Origin: Vitrella brassicaformis CCMP3155
Taxonomy: Eukaryota > Protista > Chromerida
Reading direction: 5' to 3'
Assembly: GCA_001179505.1 (NCBI GenBank)
Contig: CDMY01000423.1
Location: forward strand, 1 to 64,000
Length of the DNA: 64,000 nucleotides
Position numbers and translations under genes: made by a program. A model generated the notes under the pieces. The model was not told where the DNA came from, made no database searches, and saw only the letters and a list, made by a program, of their open reading frames with translations. Each line of letters opens with the position of its first letter. Position 1 is the first letter of the stretch. This document shows, piece by piece, positions 22,880 through 36,425 of this stretch.

Positions 22880-25690
22880 GACGAAGGCTCAAACTTCGGG
22901 TTGGACCTTTCTTGCATCCTGAGGGTCAATAATTGGTCTGTACATGCCTGTCTTGGTCCATCCGTCCATCCATCCATCCATCCCAAAGAGCATGTACGAC
23001 ACGACAATTGTCGGTGTCACAGTGCATTGAGAAAAGAGGATGTCGCATCGTGTCCATCCGTCCGCAAATCAAACCAATCGTCCAAGCAGACATGTCATGG
23101 CAGCTCAAACATACTTGAATGAAAAGGACAAAACTCGTGTGTGCTTACTGACTCATACTTGTTCTCATCAAAAGCGGTCAAGAGCATCAGCACAAGGACT
23201 GGCAGGTTGCGAAAGATGATAAGATTGCCGCCGATGCTCAGTGCCAGCAAGTGCATCCTGATGACGCCCGGCTCGGTTATGCTCTTAATCAGCGGCAAGT
23301 TGGCAGAGCGCACGAGGCAGATGTAGAGCGCACCCTCGAACAAGACTCCGATCAGCACCATGATTCCCAGACCTGCTAGCCTCTCTAGCAGGTGACGGAC
23401 GGATGGAAAGAGGATCTGGCCGAGAGTGATGTTGAACAGGTCACTGAAGATGAGCACTGTCAACTCAATCAAGCTGTAGGCATGCATTTGCTGCAGCAGT
23501 GGAGGCAAAAAAAGTGTAGAATGAATAGATTTTCTTGTCTGTTGCTTTCCTTCCTTACATCGCTGAGACGCCGAAGGAATATCGGGTGATAACCAAATTG
23601 AACAACCTGAGTGGGGACGTCCAGAAACGTGCTCAAAGTCCTCATGGAATAGCGACCGGCCCCCTTGAAACTCATCATGGTCGTAGAGAGGCGGCTGAGT
23701 AGCATGACCGGCGTTTGCTTATCGCGCGTTTCCTGAGTATCTTCAGCAGTGACAGTGTCGAAGTGCCGATCTCGTACCGGCCTGCATAGGAATCGCACCA
23801 GACTTCTTCTCGCGGCACCACCTATGAGAACGAAATACGGCATGGCTAGGTCGGTAACGAAGTCGAATGATGCGAAGATCAAGCTCCACAGAAGCTGATA
23901 AGGAGAGGCATGTCCAGGAAGGACGAGGAATGGATCTGACGCGAGGACAGCGTCGATGTGCCCACCTGCGCGAAAGTAGATATATTCCATCTTGGCCTGG
24001 ACGAGCGTTGGGAAGAGTGCGAAGCCGAACGCTACAAACGCGATTGCTGGAGACGTTTGCAGGGCAGGGCCGTCCTTCAGAGAACGAACGATGCCTGTAA
24101 CTGAGAAGACACAGACCGAATACGCATGGAAACATGCGAATGTATCCATCGATCGAGTCGCATTTCTTACGGGTCGCAACAAGGGGCGACACCACGAGCA
24201 GCCAAGTGAAGAGGACGCGTGTCTTCTCGCGATCTGTTGTTGCAGTCCGGGCAAGTGGCAGGAAGTAGAGGGGTACGGCAAACGAGAGACAGATGACCAC
24301 TACAAATATGCCCCATGTCTTGAGAATATACGCCCGCTTCCTGATGATTATCTTCGAGTTGAAAGCCACTTGGCGAAAGACCCTGACAGGACAGGCACAA
24401 CGACAGAGAATATGTGCTTACTATCACAATTCTGTTCTCACATGAGGGGTACGAGCACGGAAATGGGGTAATGCATGAGCGGCGCATATTTGTGGCGTTT
24501 CCGCAGGACCTCGACGTTCCATGAAGCCACGTATGGGGCAAACACAAGAAGGAAGATATACCAGGTCGTCCTCAAGCGGCGGACAGCCCCAATTCCGCTA
24601 CCCTCAGCCACAAGTAGTATCATAGTCATATAGCATAGAGCAACGATGATGCGACGAGTTACATCAAGGACTATCCCTGCTGCTCTCGCAGTCATCTTCT
24701 CGCACGCCGACCAGTATGCCAGCCACACCAGGGCCCCACAGACTGCAAAGCCGACGGCTGCAATTAGGTGGAATAAGAGTACCTGGAAAGTGACAGACCT
24801 GAAGGACTGCGACATTGTGCGAATGATTACCTTTGTAACTCTTCTAACACTCGTCCAAAGCGGCTCAGGAGTAAAGACCGCACCAACAAATGAGCCTCCT
24901 TCATATTGCAAGTCAGTCTGGAACTCCTGAAACGAGGCTGCATGTCCCGCGCATGCTCGGAATTCATTCACTTTTTCTTCGAGCTCCACCTCCTCTTTGC
25001 GCAGCGCTCTCCTGCCTTCTTCTCCGTCCTCATGATAGACAGCCCCCTCTTCTGAGTAGGTTTCTGTAGGCAGGCCGCAGGTCACGTCGTTGGTCCCAGT
25101 GGCGCCTGTGCTCTCTGGGTCAATGACATGCGCCTCGCCGCTGAGAATATCTGCTGGTTCATCGCTGACTTTCATGACGTGTTCAACGTCGTGTTGCGGT
25201 TGAGCGGCGGTGAGCTCCGTGGTCCCCATCTCGGGAACAATTCGATCATCCTGGGGGCTCCCTGGGGGCTCAGTCTCCGCGGGCAACTTCAATTCCCCCC
25301 GGGATGATGCACCGGCTTCAGAGCCCTTTACATTCCAATCGGACTGAGGTCCCGAGGAACTGGTCCTCTGATGTGTACAGTACGGATGACGACAGCCCTC
25401 AGCGGCAAACAGCCGCGACCACCGCTGAGGGCTGGATGAAGGGGGGTTAGACGCATGGGCACGCCAAAACTGCACGAGGATCTTAACTGGCTCATGTCTG
25501 TCTGCAATGTCGTCTCTGTCCGCGTCTTTTCCCTCTGCAGCTACTGCGCCAAATTGGAGCAGCGGCAATTGAGCAGCGGTGTGGATGTTGATCTGCTGGT
25601 GCAGATGCTCGCGAAGCAGAAGGCCCCCGACACGGCAAGGCTGTTCACAAAGGCATGCAGGATGAGCAGAGATCCATTCATCGGGTGTTG
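22880..25690 (-). CDS. Multi-pass membrane protein of unknown function, long exons; start and stop uncertain
   Basis: Long ORFs 24438-25853, 23743-24369, 23469-24281 and 23095-23508 join in frame through GT-AG introns. Many hydrophobic helices and an acidic/Pro-rich N-terminal region. Confidence 0.7.
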
Positions 25691-25697
25691 ATGGGGA

Positions 25698-26276
25698 GAT
25701 CGTGTTTGTGATTGGTAAAGGACTCGCGATCGGCGGCCGATCCCATACACTCACACACCGCACGTACGTACAGAACCAACACACACGATGCGATGTACTC
25801 TGTCTCTCAACCGAACAGACAAAACAAAGCCCTATATATCGCATGTGCACCAATTGCTAAAGCGGCCGCGAGGCTGGAGCAAGTTGGCATGTCTTTCATG
25901 TCACAGGGCCTCGCTTCTCCTGTCATGGAAGCCAACCGACGACAATTACCTTGTGAGGCACTCAAGGACGCTTCGAATGCACTCAGTGACTGTGTGGCTT
26001 TGTGTCTCATTATGACTTTGGTCTGGGTCCGTCATTGATTGTGTCTCGTTGCTCGCCAACGTATCGTTGCAGCGAGACACGAGGCGTTTGTACGCAATGC
26101 ACAAATGCGGGAATTTCGCAGAACCGCTCAAATTTGATGTGGTACAATGTGGCGACTGTGGGCCAGGCCAGCACCTGCCATCCACTTGTATCCTCCAACT
26201 CCTCCCTGTAGGTGTCAGAATTTCTGTGCACGCCATTCTTCTTGCGTGACTCGTTGGGCGTCTGAAACGTATGCGG
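25698..26276. repeat. ~580-bp direct repeat, copy 2
   Basis: Collinear with 22130-22738; both copies end in ctgaaacgtatgcgg. Confidence 0.92.
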
Positions 26277-26837
26277 TCCAATAAACTTCTACTCAGGCAC
26301 ACGTTGTCAGACAACGAACCAACTGAGGATAAGTCCCGTTTGCGTGGCTTCGTTGCAGGAGTAGACACTTTTTTGCCCCTATGTACAGCTCCTCGTGGGG
26401 CTTGCCCCCAAGAAGCGTCACGCACTGACCACTCTGCTGGTGGGTGAGATTGAGAAGGGGCACTCTCAATACCCTCAAGCCCAAGGTGCGGGTGCGGGTG
26501 CCCCTGCTCACAGTGACACACCAGCAGAGTGGTCAGTGCAGTGGGCCTTTCAGTACCTGTGTCACTTCCATTTGACCACGTCCGTGCGTATGTACAGCAG
26601 CACTCAAGGATGCACACAAGTCTAGACATCTATCTATCTACGTATCCAGGCCGGCCATCACATCATGCATGCAATGCATTCTGTCCCCCCACCAGAGAAG
26701 TGACACTCACTAGCCATCCATCCATCGATCCATCCATCTATCCATCCATCCATCGATCCATCCATCACCCAATTAAGGAAGAATGCGGGTGTGGTGTGTC
26801 GATGTCACCAGATCGATGTGCATGTGTCTATGTACAG

Positions 26838-29800
26838 TCACAGCGGCAGTAGATCGTCGCCGAGCTCGTCATCACCCCAGTCGTCCTGCAACACAACACT
26901 CACACACTCATTTGTCGCCCACCCACACCCGCCTCCCCATCGATGGATGCATCCATAGCGCGTGGGTGCATGCTTACGTCCTCAGCTCTATTGCTCGCCT
27001 GCAGCCGCCGCCCACCTGGCCTGCACACACACAACCAAACATATGGCGGCGTGTTTGTGTGTGTACACATGTCTGCCGAGTGTGGGGTGCTATGTTACCT
27101 GTCCTGTGGCACGGGCCCCTCTTCCTCGTATAGGGGTCGGGGATCGACGCCCTGCTGACCTGACACTGATTGATGCCACACACGAACAAAGCCAGCCCGG
27201 TGGACAAATGCACAGGGGGCACGGTCTGTGTGTTTCGTATGGTGCTCGTCTCGTTCACTACTTGTGGATTCCTCCCGGCCGTAGGCGACCCCACGCTGCG
27301 AGCACCCACGCAACAGCACACAAACCGTGTCAAAAAGGGCACCCGCCTCTTGTTCTCACTGTTCGCACTGACCTCAGTGCTATCTCGAAGCGAGCTGGGC
27401 ACACACACACACACACGCACGGACACACACCAAGTGTGTGTATGCACATCCACGTGTGTGCTGTCCTGTGCCGATGACCCACCTGTCAGTGTGTCTGGAG
27501 AGTGGTGCAGGGGCAGGCTCTGCGTGTGTGGGTGGTGCCGCTGCGGTGCCTCCCTCCTGCTGCATGCGCTCCAGCTTCCTCAGTTTGACAGCATACTCCT
27601 CGTGGTCCAGACCCAAGTCGCGCAGCAACGTTAGCAGGTACCGCAAACCTGACAGACACATACAGTACATAAACAAACAAAAAGATTACAAAAAGCTGGC
27701 GATGCGATGCGATATATGCCGTGGGTGTGGCTGCGTACATTCGATGTCGTCTGGGCTCTCCCTGTGAATGTCCTCGTAGATCTTCAGAGCCTGCTCATTG
27801 TGACCTGACCCACGTGGCCACACACAAAGAAAGAATGACGGTGGAAGTGAGTGAGATCCATCCGTCTTTGCTCACCCATTCGTCTGTAGCACGATGCGAC
27901 CATGAGCCTCCACCGCGAGTTGCCGCCCTCTATCTGGGCAGCTCGCTCGAAGAACTGAATGGCGTTCTCGTACGCCTGATGGATGTGTGTGGGTGTGCGG
28001 TGGGTGGAGGGATAGACGGGCGCAGATGAGAGAAGGTAGACAGACAGGGATGCACGCCCACCCACCCCCCCTGTTTGCCACCCACCTCCTGTTTGACGAA
28101 GTGCACGCCCAGATACGCGATGACGTCCAGATTGGTGGGCCAGTACCTAACACACACACACACACACACACGGATGGATGGATGGATAGAAAGACACACC
28201 CCCAATGCACTCATTGCAATGCATGGAACACCCTGAGCACCACACCACGGCCGCTTAGACACGCACCTGTATGCCTCCATGTAGTAGTGATACGCCTGTG
28301 CCTCGTCGTCCATCTGAACATACACACACACACCCGTCAGTCAGTCAGTCCATCCCATCATTCCGTCCTCAAGCCGGCACAGCACTTACGCTTGCGAAAA
28401 GCTGCCCCAGCCGTGCGAGTATTTCTGGGTCTGTGGGTCGTGTCTTGGGCGACACCAGCAGGGAGAACCACTCGACAGCCTTGCTAGGATGACCGATGCG
28501 GTGACACAGATCGCCTGCAGTGCAGCAGACAGACAGACAGCGAGAAATGGCTGGCGGCTCCATGCATGGCCATGCTGTGTGTCGGTACCGTGGTGGGGTG
28601 TGTGTCAGTGTATGTCAGTGTACCGAGCTGGTAGAGTACGTCTGGGTGCTTGGGGAGGATCGAGTTGAGCTTCTCGAAGGCCTGCAGTGCCTCGTGGTAC
28701 CGCTCGATGCTCTTGTTGACCAAACCTGACAACATACATCACACAAATCCACACACGGACAGCAGTCCATCTGTTCTGTGTGTGTGTGTGTGTACCAAGG
28801 TTGTAGATGGCCTCAACGCAGTCCGCCTCGACGCCGATTGCCTCTAGGAAGAGCTCCTTGGCCCTCTCGTACTCCTCGCACAGAAACAAACAGTTGCCCT
28901 TATTCACCTTACACACGAGTACACACACACACACGCATACACACACTATATGTGTCTGTCTGCACATATCAGTATCTGTCTGTCTGCAGATATACCAGTG
29001 CCCGCGCATTGTAGCGGTTGGCCTTGACCTGTGTTCGGTGGGAGGGAGGGAGGGGGAAGCAAACAGACAGGCACACACATGACGAGCGGGCATCAGGCAT
29101 CGAGCAAACGCGTTTGGTGCCCTGACGCACCGCGAGGTCAGCGTATTTCTCGGCCTGGTTGTAGTCGCTCTCGAGGAAGTAGATGAACGACAGGTTGGTC
29201 GCCGTGCGGGCCATCAAACTGGGGTCCTACTCACACACACACACACACACACACAGAGAGACATAGGGACATGTCCGCAGGCAGACAAATGTGAGTGGAG
29301 CCGGCTAGCTGGCTCAGCTGACTGAGCTGACCTTTTTCTCGAAGGCCTTGAGCGCATCGATGGCCTGATCAAACTCCTTGCGACGCAGAAAATACGACGC
29401 CTAACCACCCAAGAACACAACACACACACGCATACGGAGCAGCTGTCGTGTGTGCAGTGCAGTGCCTGCCAGGTGTGGCCACACTCACTCACTCACTCAC
29501 TCCACCGACTGACCTTTGCTATCTCCATTTCGGATGCGATGCCGGGGAATCCCTGTGCCTTGAGGACCTCACACACCCAATCGAAGCCCAGCGGGGGCCG
29601 CTCTATCTCTGAAGGCAGGCAGGTGCAGACAGACGCAAACACGCAGCTGGCTGGTGAGGGAGAGAGAGACCCGTGCAGTGCCGTGCCGTGCTGTGCTGGC
29701 TGCGGCCGTGGGTGAGGGGGTTACGTGGCGCGGTGAGCTTGGCTGCATTTGCGATGTACTTGAAGGCCTGGTGGGTGGATGGATGGATGGAGATGGATCC

Positions 29801-31959
29801 AGACAATGCATGTGCCCGTGCGTGTGCTGTGTACACGTGTGTGTGCATTTCTTTCCTGACTGACCTCCCTTTTCCTCTTTTTGATTTCCTCCTTGAGCGG
29901 GTCGTCGCTCGGCACGTGATCTGACGCACACACGCAGGGCAGGCACACCGATGGACCAACGGGCCAACATATATATTGTGTGCGTGTGGATGCAGGGCCC
30001 TAGCACGTCTCACCTTCTCTGCCGGCGTCATTGAGGTCCTCCAGGTCCTCTTCATCCTCCTCCTTGGCAATCAAGATGTGCAGACACACACCATATGGCC
30101 ACAGGCACATGAGGAAATCCAGACAGACAGACAGACAGGCAGGCAGGCAGACAGACTCACCTCGAGGCCCTCCTGCTGGATCGACAGCAGCCTGGTGAAC
30201 CCTGACCACACACCACACGACGACGGCATGTCCGCTGGGCGCGGCGCGTGCGGTGCGCACCGCATGCAGCGCACCTTGTTTCAGCTTGTCCTTGTCTCCG
30301 AGTGCAAAGTAGCACAGCAACAAGTTGAAACCTGTGTGTATCGTATCGACCAAACCAAACCAAAGCGGAGGAAATGGTTGCGTGTCGTCTGTGTTGTGTT
30401 GTGGGATTGTTTGCTCGCATCGCATACACACGTAGGATACGCACCGACCGGTTTGGAAGTCTGGGTTGCCCTGCATGATGTTCTCGTACGCGTCGATGGC
30501 GTCGCTGAACTGACCCATACGGAAAAAGGCGTGGCCGATGTTACGCAGAATCTTGTACCTGCACACACATACACATACACGCACACCAGATGGCTGGCTG
30601 GCGGGTGTGTGTGGTGCGTGGTGTCTGGTGTGAGCGCACCCACCGGATTTCTTTGCCGGTGTTTGGGATCTGGTCGAGTGCCATTCTGTACATTTTGATG
30701 GCCGTGGGGTACTTCTGCTGGGCGTAGTAGATGTTGCCCATGTTGACGCGCAAACGACCTGCACACACACAGACAGACAGAGAGAGAGAGAGAGAGATCC
30801 ACTCACGTGTGTGTTGGGTCTGGTCCGTGCACCGGGCGGCCTGCTGACTGACTGACTGACCGCTTTGTGGGTACTGTTTATTCTTGACAATGTTGGTGTA
30901 GGTGGTGAGTGCGTCGGGGTACTGCCCACAGGCCTGCTGCTGATTGGCCAAGTTAAACAGCACCTGTGGGTGGCATGCATCACACCACACCACACACAGA
31001 GGGAGGGGAGTGGGCAAGCAAGTACATGTGCTGTGTGTGCCGTTCGTTGTCTGTGCGACCTACCTACCGAGTATGTGAGGTCGACGTTGATTTGGTCCGC
31101 CAGGTTGTGCGCCTCCCGCTGCCGACACAAGTGACGCTCCTTCTTGACTGTCACACCCCATCATATATTCCACACACACCACACATGGACAGACACCCCA
31201 TTTATTCCAACCACCCACCCACTGTGTGTCGTTTCGTGAACGGAGTGCGACTGGCTCACCGGCGTCTTTGGCCTTCTGCAGGGCGTCTGTGAGTCGACCC
31301 TGCTGGTTGAGCATGGCGCTCTCCTCGACCAGTGTGTGGCAGTCGTTCTCCAGCTGCCGGAACCGCTCCTCAGCCGTGGGCTCCTTCTTGGCCTCCAACA
31401 CACCACCCCTCACTGATAGCACCATCACATGACACACACTACAACATACATCAGCCATTCTCATCTATCTCTTCGCTCACACTCAGACGTTCGTACTTAC
31501 ATTTTTCCTGCACAGTTGCGAGTTGCATCCCCCCCTGTGCCTGCGTCTTGGGCCGCACACCGCTGGCGGAGTAGCCGGCGGCCCTGTTGCTGGTCATGGG
31601 CCTGGCGGTGCCCTCCGGCTGCTGGTAGGCAGAGGCCGTGCCGATACGCATGGCGGTTCCCAGAGGACGGCCGGTGGTCCGCATGTAGCTAGAGGGGGGA
31701 GGCTGACTCTGATCAATCCGACCGGTTCATCCACACACACACACACACACAGACATACACACAGACTTCTTGCTTGTGAAAGGCCTTTTCTTTCCCGCGT
31801 GTGATCTTCTATCTGGGTGCGGTGCATGAGGTTCGGCTACCCACCCACCTGTACGTGTTGGAAGTCATATTCCTCCTGCTGCTTGGCTGCGGTGTCTGCT
31901 GGGCCGGGGCTGCCGAAGCCCCGAGCCGCAGAGGAAGATGCCGTCGTGCTGCTGAACAT
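26838..31959 (-). CDS. IFT88: Intraflagellar transport protein 88 (TPR protein), multi-exon
   Basis: ARPMTSNRAAGY, ALQKAKDA-KKER, VLFNLANQ, RLRVNMGNIYY...AIKMYRMALDQ, WRLMVASCYRRMG and C-terminal DDWGDDELGDDLLPL* match IFT88 hallmarks. Confidence 0.95.
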
Positions 31960-32136
31960 GGATCTAACGCAGATCTACACCTACCAACTTTCGTCAACTC
32001 TTCGGAAGAAGCCAAGCGCGCACTGATGTGCAGATCTCCTGAAACCGCTGCCGCTGTGCAGATCTCCCAGGGGACCGAACCCCTGGTCCTCCTACTCCCA
32101 TCTTGACTGAGCAGCAGCAAAAGATCTGTCGTCCTT

Positions 32137-35100
32137 ATGTGGGGTTGGTTCACTCTCATTGTGCTGCCCATCGGCATTGCGTTGCTGGCGCTCAACTATC
32201 AACAGGAACACGTGAGTACGTGACTCAATGAATGACGGGAGAGATCTCCACGACATTCACCCTGTTGTTGATCTTCTCTCTGCTCTGCTCTGTGTGTGCT
32301 GTACTGTGCGGGTCTGCAGAGGCCGAACTACCTGGGGTATGAGCCGCTTGACTTCGCTGGCTACTGCATTTCACTGGCGGCCAAGCCCCTCATCAAACTC
32401 TTCTATGCGCAACCCAATCTAAACAACCGCACTATCACTGTGAGAGCGGACAGACAGACACCCATGCATCAGCTGACACACGTCTGTCTGTCTGACCTGC
32501 CCTCTGTGTGTCTGTCTGTATGTGTCATCTATTTCGTTGGGTAACATCCATCAATCAGCTGGATGGCTATGGCTTGAGGGACACTGTGACAATCCTTCGC
32601 ACGGAACACGGGGTGCCCTTCATCGAGGCCAAATACGGTCAGTCAGTCAGTCCGCCAGCGCACACGGATGAGTCCAGCTGCAGTGTGTCGTGTGTGTGTC
32701 TGTCGTGTGCCGTGTGGTTGATTGTGCGTGATGGGTGCATTACAATGCAGAGACTGACGGTTGGTTCGCCCAGGGCTTCATGCACGCCACCGACCGCCTG
32801 TGGCAGATGGAAATGAACCGACTCGGTCGGTGAGCCGCGCGTTAAGCCGTGTGGTCTGACCACCTTCTGATGATGTGATTGTGTGTGCTCACTTGTGGGT
32901 GGGTCGATCAGTGATGCAGGGCAACATGTCCGTCATGGTGGGGGAGAAAGCCATCACAGCCGACCATTGGGCGAGGTTAGTCTGTGTGTGCCTCTGACAG
33001 TGTCCGGAGAAAGATATGTGCTGCTTGCGGTGTGTGTGTGTGTGTGTGTGTGTATGTATCAGGCTGTTGGGCACTTATGAGTTGGCCCAGAGGGACGCTG
33101 CGGCCATGTCGGCAGAGGACCACGCCATCGGGGATGCATACACACGAGGCGTGAACGCCGTCCTTGATGACATCCGCGGCAAGGGGTCCTTCGCCAGGCT
33201 GCCCCTGGAGCTGCTCATCCTCGGCCACACGCCGCAGCCATGGACCGTCGCAGACAGCGTCGGACTCGCAAGGTTCTACTCCTTCCAGCTCTCGCGAGGA
33301 TGGGCTTACGAGCTTTTTATGCGGCGATTTGAGAACGAAGTCAGAGAGCTGGCCCAGGAGCTGGTGCCAAGACATGACGCACGAGTGCCTTTCGTCAACG
33401 AGTACGGAGCCCGTCCGGCGCTGTTCGACCAGAATGGCCAGCCCATGTCGCTGCCCGAATACCCGCAGATCGCAGAGTGGGCCACATTGCCTTTCCACTC
33501 TCTTATTGCGGACTTGGAGGCGGCTGCAGGGGGCAAGGCAGCACCATCACCGCCGCCAGCAGCAGGCAAAGTGGATACTGCTCATCTGGACGGGATGAAC
33601 ATCGGTCTGGGGGATGGCTCGAATGGCTATGCTGTCTCGGGCAAACACACGGCGAGCGGCAAGCCGATGCTTTCGGGTGATCCCCACCTGGCTGCATTGC
33701 GGCCGGGATTCTGGTACCCCAATGCGGTCAAGATGGGCTCTCAGTGGACATTCGTGGGCGCGTCAGCCATGGGCATCCCCGGCTGGTTTGCCGGGACGAA
33801 TCGGCATCTGGCTTTCACGCCCACAGTCAGCTACATGGACAGCGAAGACGCCTTTGAGATCTCCCTGGGCACCGGGCAGCACAACGGCAGCTACCTCTAT
33901 GCCGGCAAGTACCTACCCATTCGCAGCAAGACGGTGGAGCTGAATGTTAAGGGGCGGCAGGAGCCGCAGCAGCTGCAGCTGAGATACACCCACCACGGCC
34001 CGCTCGTGAGCGACGCCTTGCCCGAACTGGTCAACATCACGCAGCTCGACAGCGCCACACGTGCCATCGCGTTGCGGTCGGGGTCTCTCCTCTCGCCCTT
34101 CTCAGTTTCATGCATGCGCGACCTCGCCACGGCCAAGACCTGGCGTGAGCTTGACAAGGCCATGCAGGAGCTGAAGGTCACCCAACTGACCATGGCCTTC
34201 GCCACGGTGGATGGCGACATTGGTGCCATCACCAGCGGCGACCTCCCGAAGCGGTCGAGGCCGGCGAGCCTGCGGGACGGCAGTGACCCTCAAGACGAGT
34301 GGACGGGCGTGGTACCGCATTCGCAGCTGCCTGGACAGGTGGTCAATCCTGAGAAGGGCTATGTCGTCATTGCCAACCATTTCACAGCCGCCAATGCGAC
34401 CGATGTGTTGGGCTTCGGACAGCTGAACGGCTATCGGGCAGCGGCCATCGAGAGGCGCCTGAAGCCGCTGCTGGGCAAAGTGACAGTGGATGATCTCAGG
34501 GCCATCTTCACCGATGTGTGGACTCTCGGAGGGCACAGCTGGCGCAAAATGGCGAACAACCTGCTGGCCGAAGGGCCTTCCCCCTGCTTCCCTTATGTGC
34601 GTGAGGATGTCTTGCCCAAGGCGCGGGAGCTCTTGGCCAAGTGGAACGAGGAGATGAGCAGCCCGGCGGCCACCGTCTACACTGTGTGGAAGGCCGCGGC
34701 GACGTCCCGGCTGCTGGTGTCCTCTGGCATGTCGGCCGAGTCAGTGGCCTTCTTTCGTGGCGCCTTTCCCAATCGGCTGCTCATCCAGGCCAACGAGCTC
34801 TTCACACACGACAAACACACCCTGCTGCGGCTCCTCGATGGCGAATCGGCCTCCGGCTTGGTCAGCAAGGCCGGAGGCCGGGAGAGCGTTCTGTGCGGGG
34901 CCCTCAACGAGTCGTGGGCTTTCCTGGAGAGCCAGTACGGCAACGATGTGGCCGCGTGGGCGTGGGAGAACGTGCATGCCTTTCCGAGCACTCATGCCTT
35001 CTACCCCCTGCCACTGCTGCGGTGAGTGACATGACAACACACACAGGGAGGTCGTACCGCTCTCTCTCTCTCTCTGTGTGTGTGTATGTCTGTGTGTCAC

Positions 35101-35527
35101 TCAGGCACATATTCTCTGGGCCTCCCCAGCCTGGATATGGTGACGAGGACACAGCGGCACCGGCAAAGGCTTCCATCAAATGTCCGTCCGTCGTACACTC
35201 ACTCACCGACGCACCAAACCGACACACACAGCCATGTGCCTGCACGTGTGCGATGCAGATGAGGAATCGTCTTTGAAGGACGAGTTCGGTCGGCCAGTTG
35301 ACAGAGCGAGTCGGTTCGTGGGCGGCGTCTTCACGCCCTCTTTGCGCATGGCCATCGACTTGGGCAACATCAGCAGCTCTCGGTGGGCGCTGCCCGCCAG
35401 TGTATCGGGCTGGATTGGCAACAGCTTTCAGGACATCGGTGAGGCTTTCCAACAGGGGCAGCTGGTCCAGATGCCGTTCGAGCCGTCCTCTTTTGAGCCG
35501 GCCGAGACCTTCACACTTGGCTCGTGA
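32137..35527 (+). CDS. Penicillin acylase / acyl-homoserine-lactone acylase family Ntn hydrolase (peptidase S45) with N-terminal signal or anchor
   Basis: MWGWFTLIVLPIGIALLAL leader; GVPFIEA; FAQGFMHATDRLWQME; beta-chain start G|SNGYAVSG..SGKPMLSGDPHL; YTHHGPLV; VIANH. One ~1.96-kb exon (33063-35021). Confidence 0.93.
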
Positions 35528-36010
35528 GAGTGAGTGTCACACACAGTGGCGGTTTTATGCGTAGGCTGTTGGTCGTGTGTGTGTGGGTCTGAATGAGTGT
35601 GTCACCTACCTCAAGGTGGGCCGTTTCCATCAGGATATCAATCATGTATGGGAGACCCCCACACACATGACATGTAGGTGATGTGAGACGTGTGTGTGTC
35701 TTTTTCATGGTGTGTGTGAGCGATACGTACGTATTAGGTGACTTACTGGAATATGTTCGCATTGGCGTGTATGTGTATTTATGTCCCTTTATTCACGGTG
35801 TAAAGCCATGCCAACCGACTGTTGAGTCAGATCTGGCGAACAAATGCCATTTCCTGGCCGCGGCCAAAGAAATCCACGGCCGTAAAACGAGCCCTGAGCG
35901 ATCCGCCTCGGCTGGTCGAAGGCCGAAGCGACGGTTGTTTGCGCAGACTTTGGTGCGTGCGCCGACTCCCGCGAGCAGATAGACTGAACGCTGCCATCCA
36001 CCCACCAGCC

Positions 36011-36425
36011 ATGACGAGGGTCAAGAAGTGGTACTCAGTGCGCTACCACGAGCGGTGGTGCTTCCAGTCTGCAAAGGCGTGCAGAAAGCTAAGGGAGGGG
36101 CTGGTCAAGGTGGAGGGGGACAAGGGAGGGGGCCTCCTTCTCACGGTGACGCTCTACGAGGCCAAGAAGGGGGGCGGCAAAGGCCAGATGCTGGGAATGG
36201 ACCATCTGGACATCAGGAAGATGAAGGAGTGCCGGTACGGATATATGCATGCACACAGCACAGAGCCCACGGGCCACGATGTATGCATGCATGGTTATTT
36301 GCAGAGTGAAGCACATCCGCAAGCTGGTCAACCAGGGCAAGTGGAAGGTGGACATCGACAAGGACGACGAACTGTCGAAGGACGAGGAGCCCGACTCCTC
36401 CGACGACGAATGCGAGTACGAGTAG
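36011..36425 (+). CDS. Small two-exon hypothetical protein, basic N-terminus and acidic tail
   Basis: Exons 36011-36234 and 36305-36425 splice in frame: MTRVKKWYSVRYHERWCF...KDEEPDSSDDECEYE*. Confidence 0.6.

Noticed and set aside
22130-26276. LTR retrotransposon
   Set aside because: No TG...CA termini, PBS/PPT, gag, RT or integrase motifs. The interior is a spliced membrane-protein gene.
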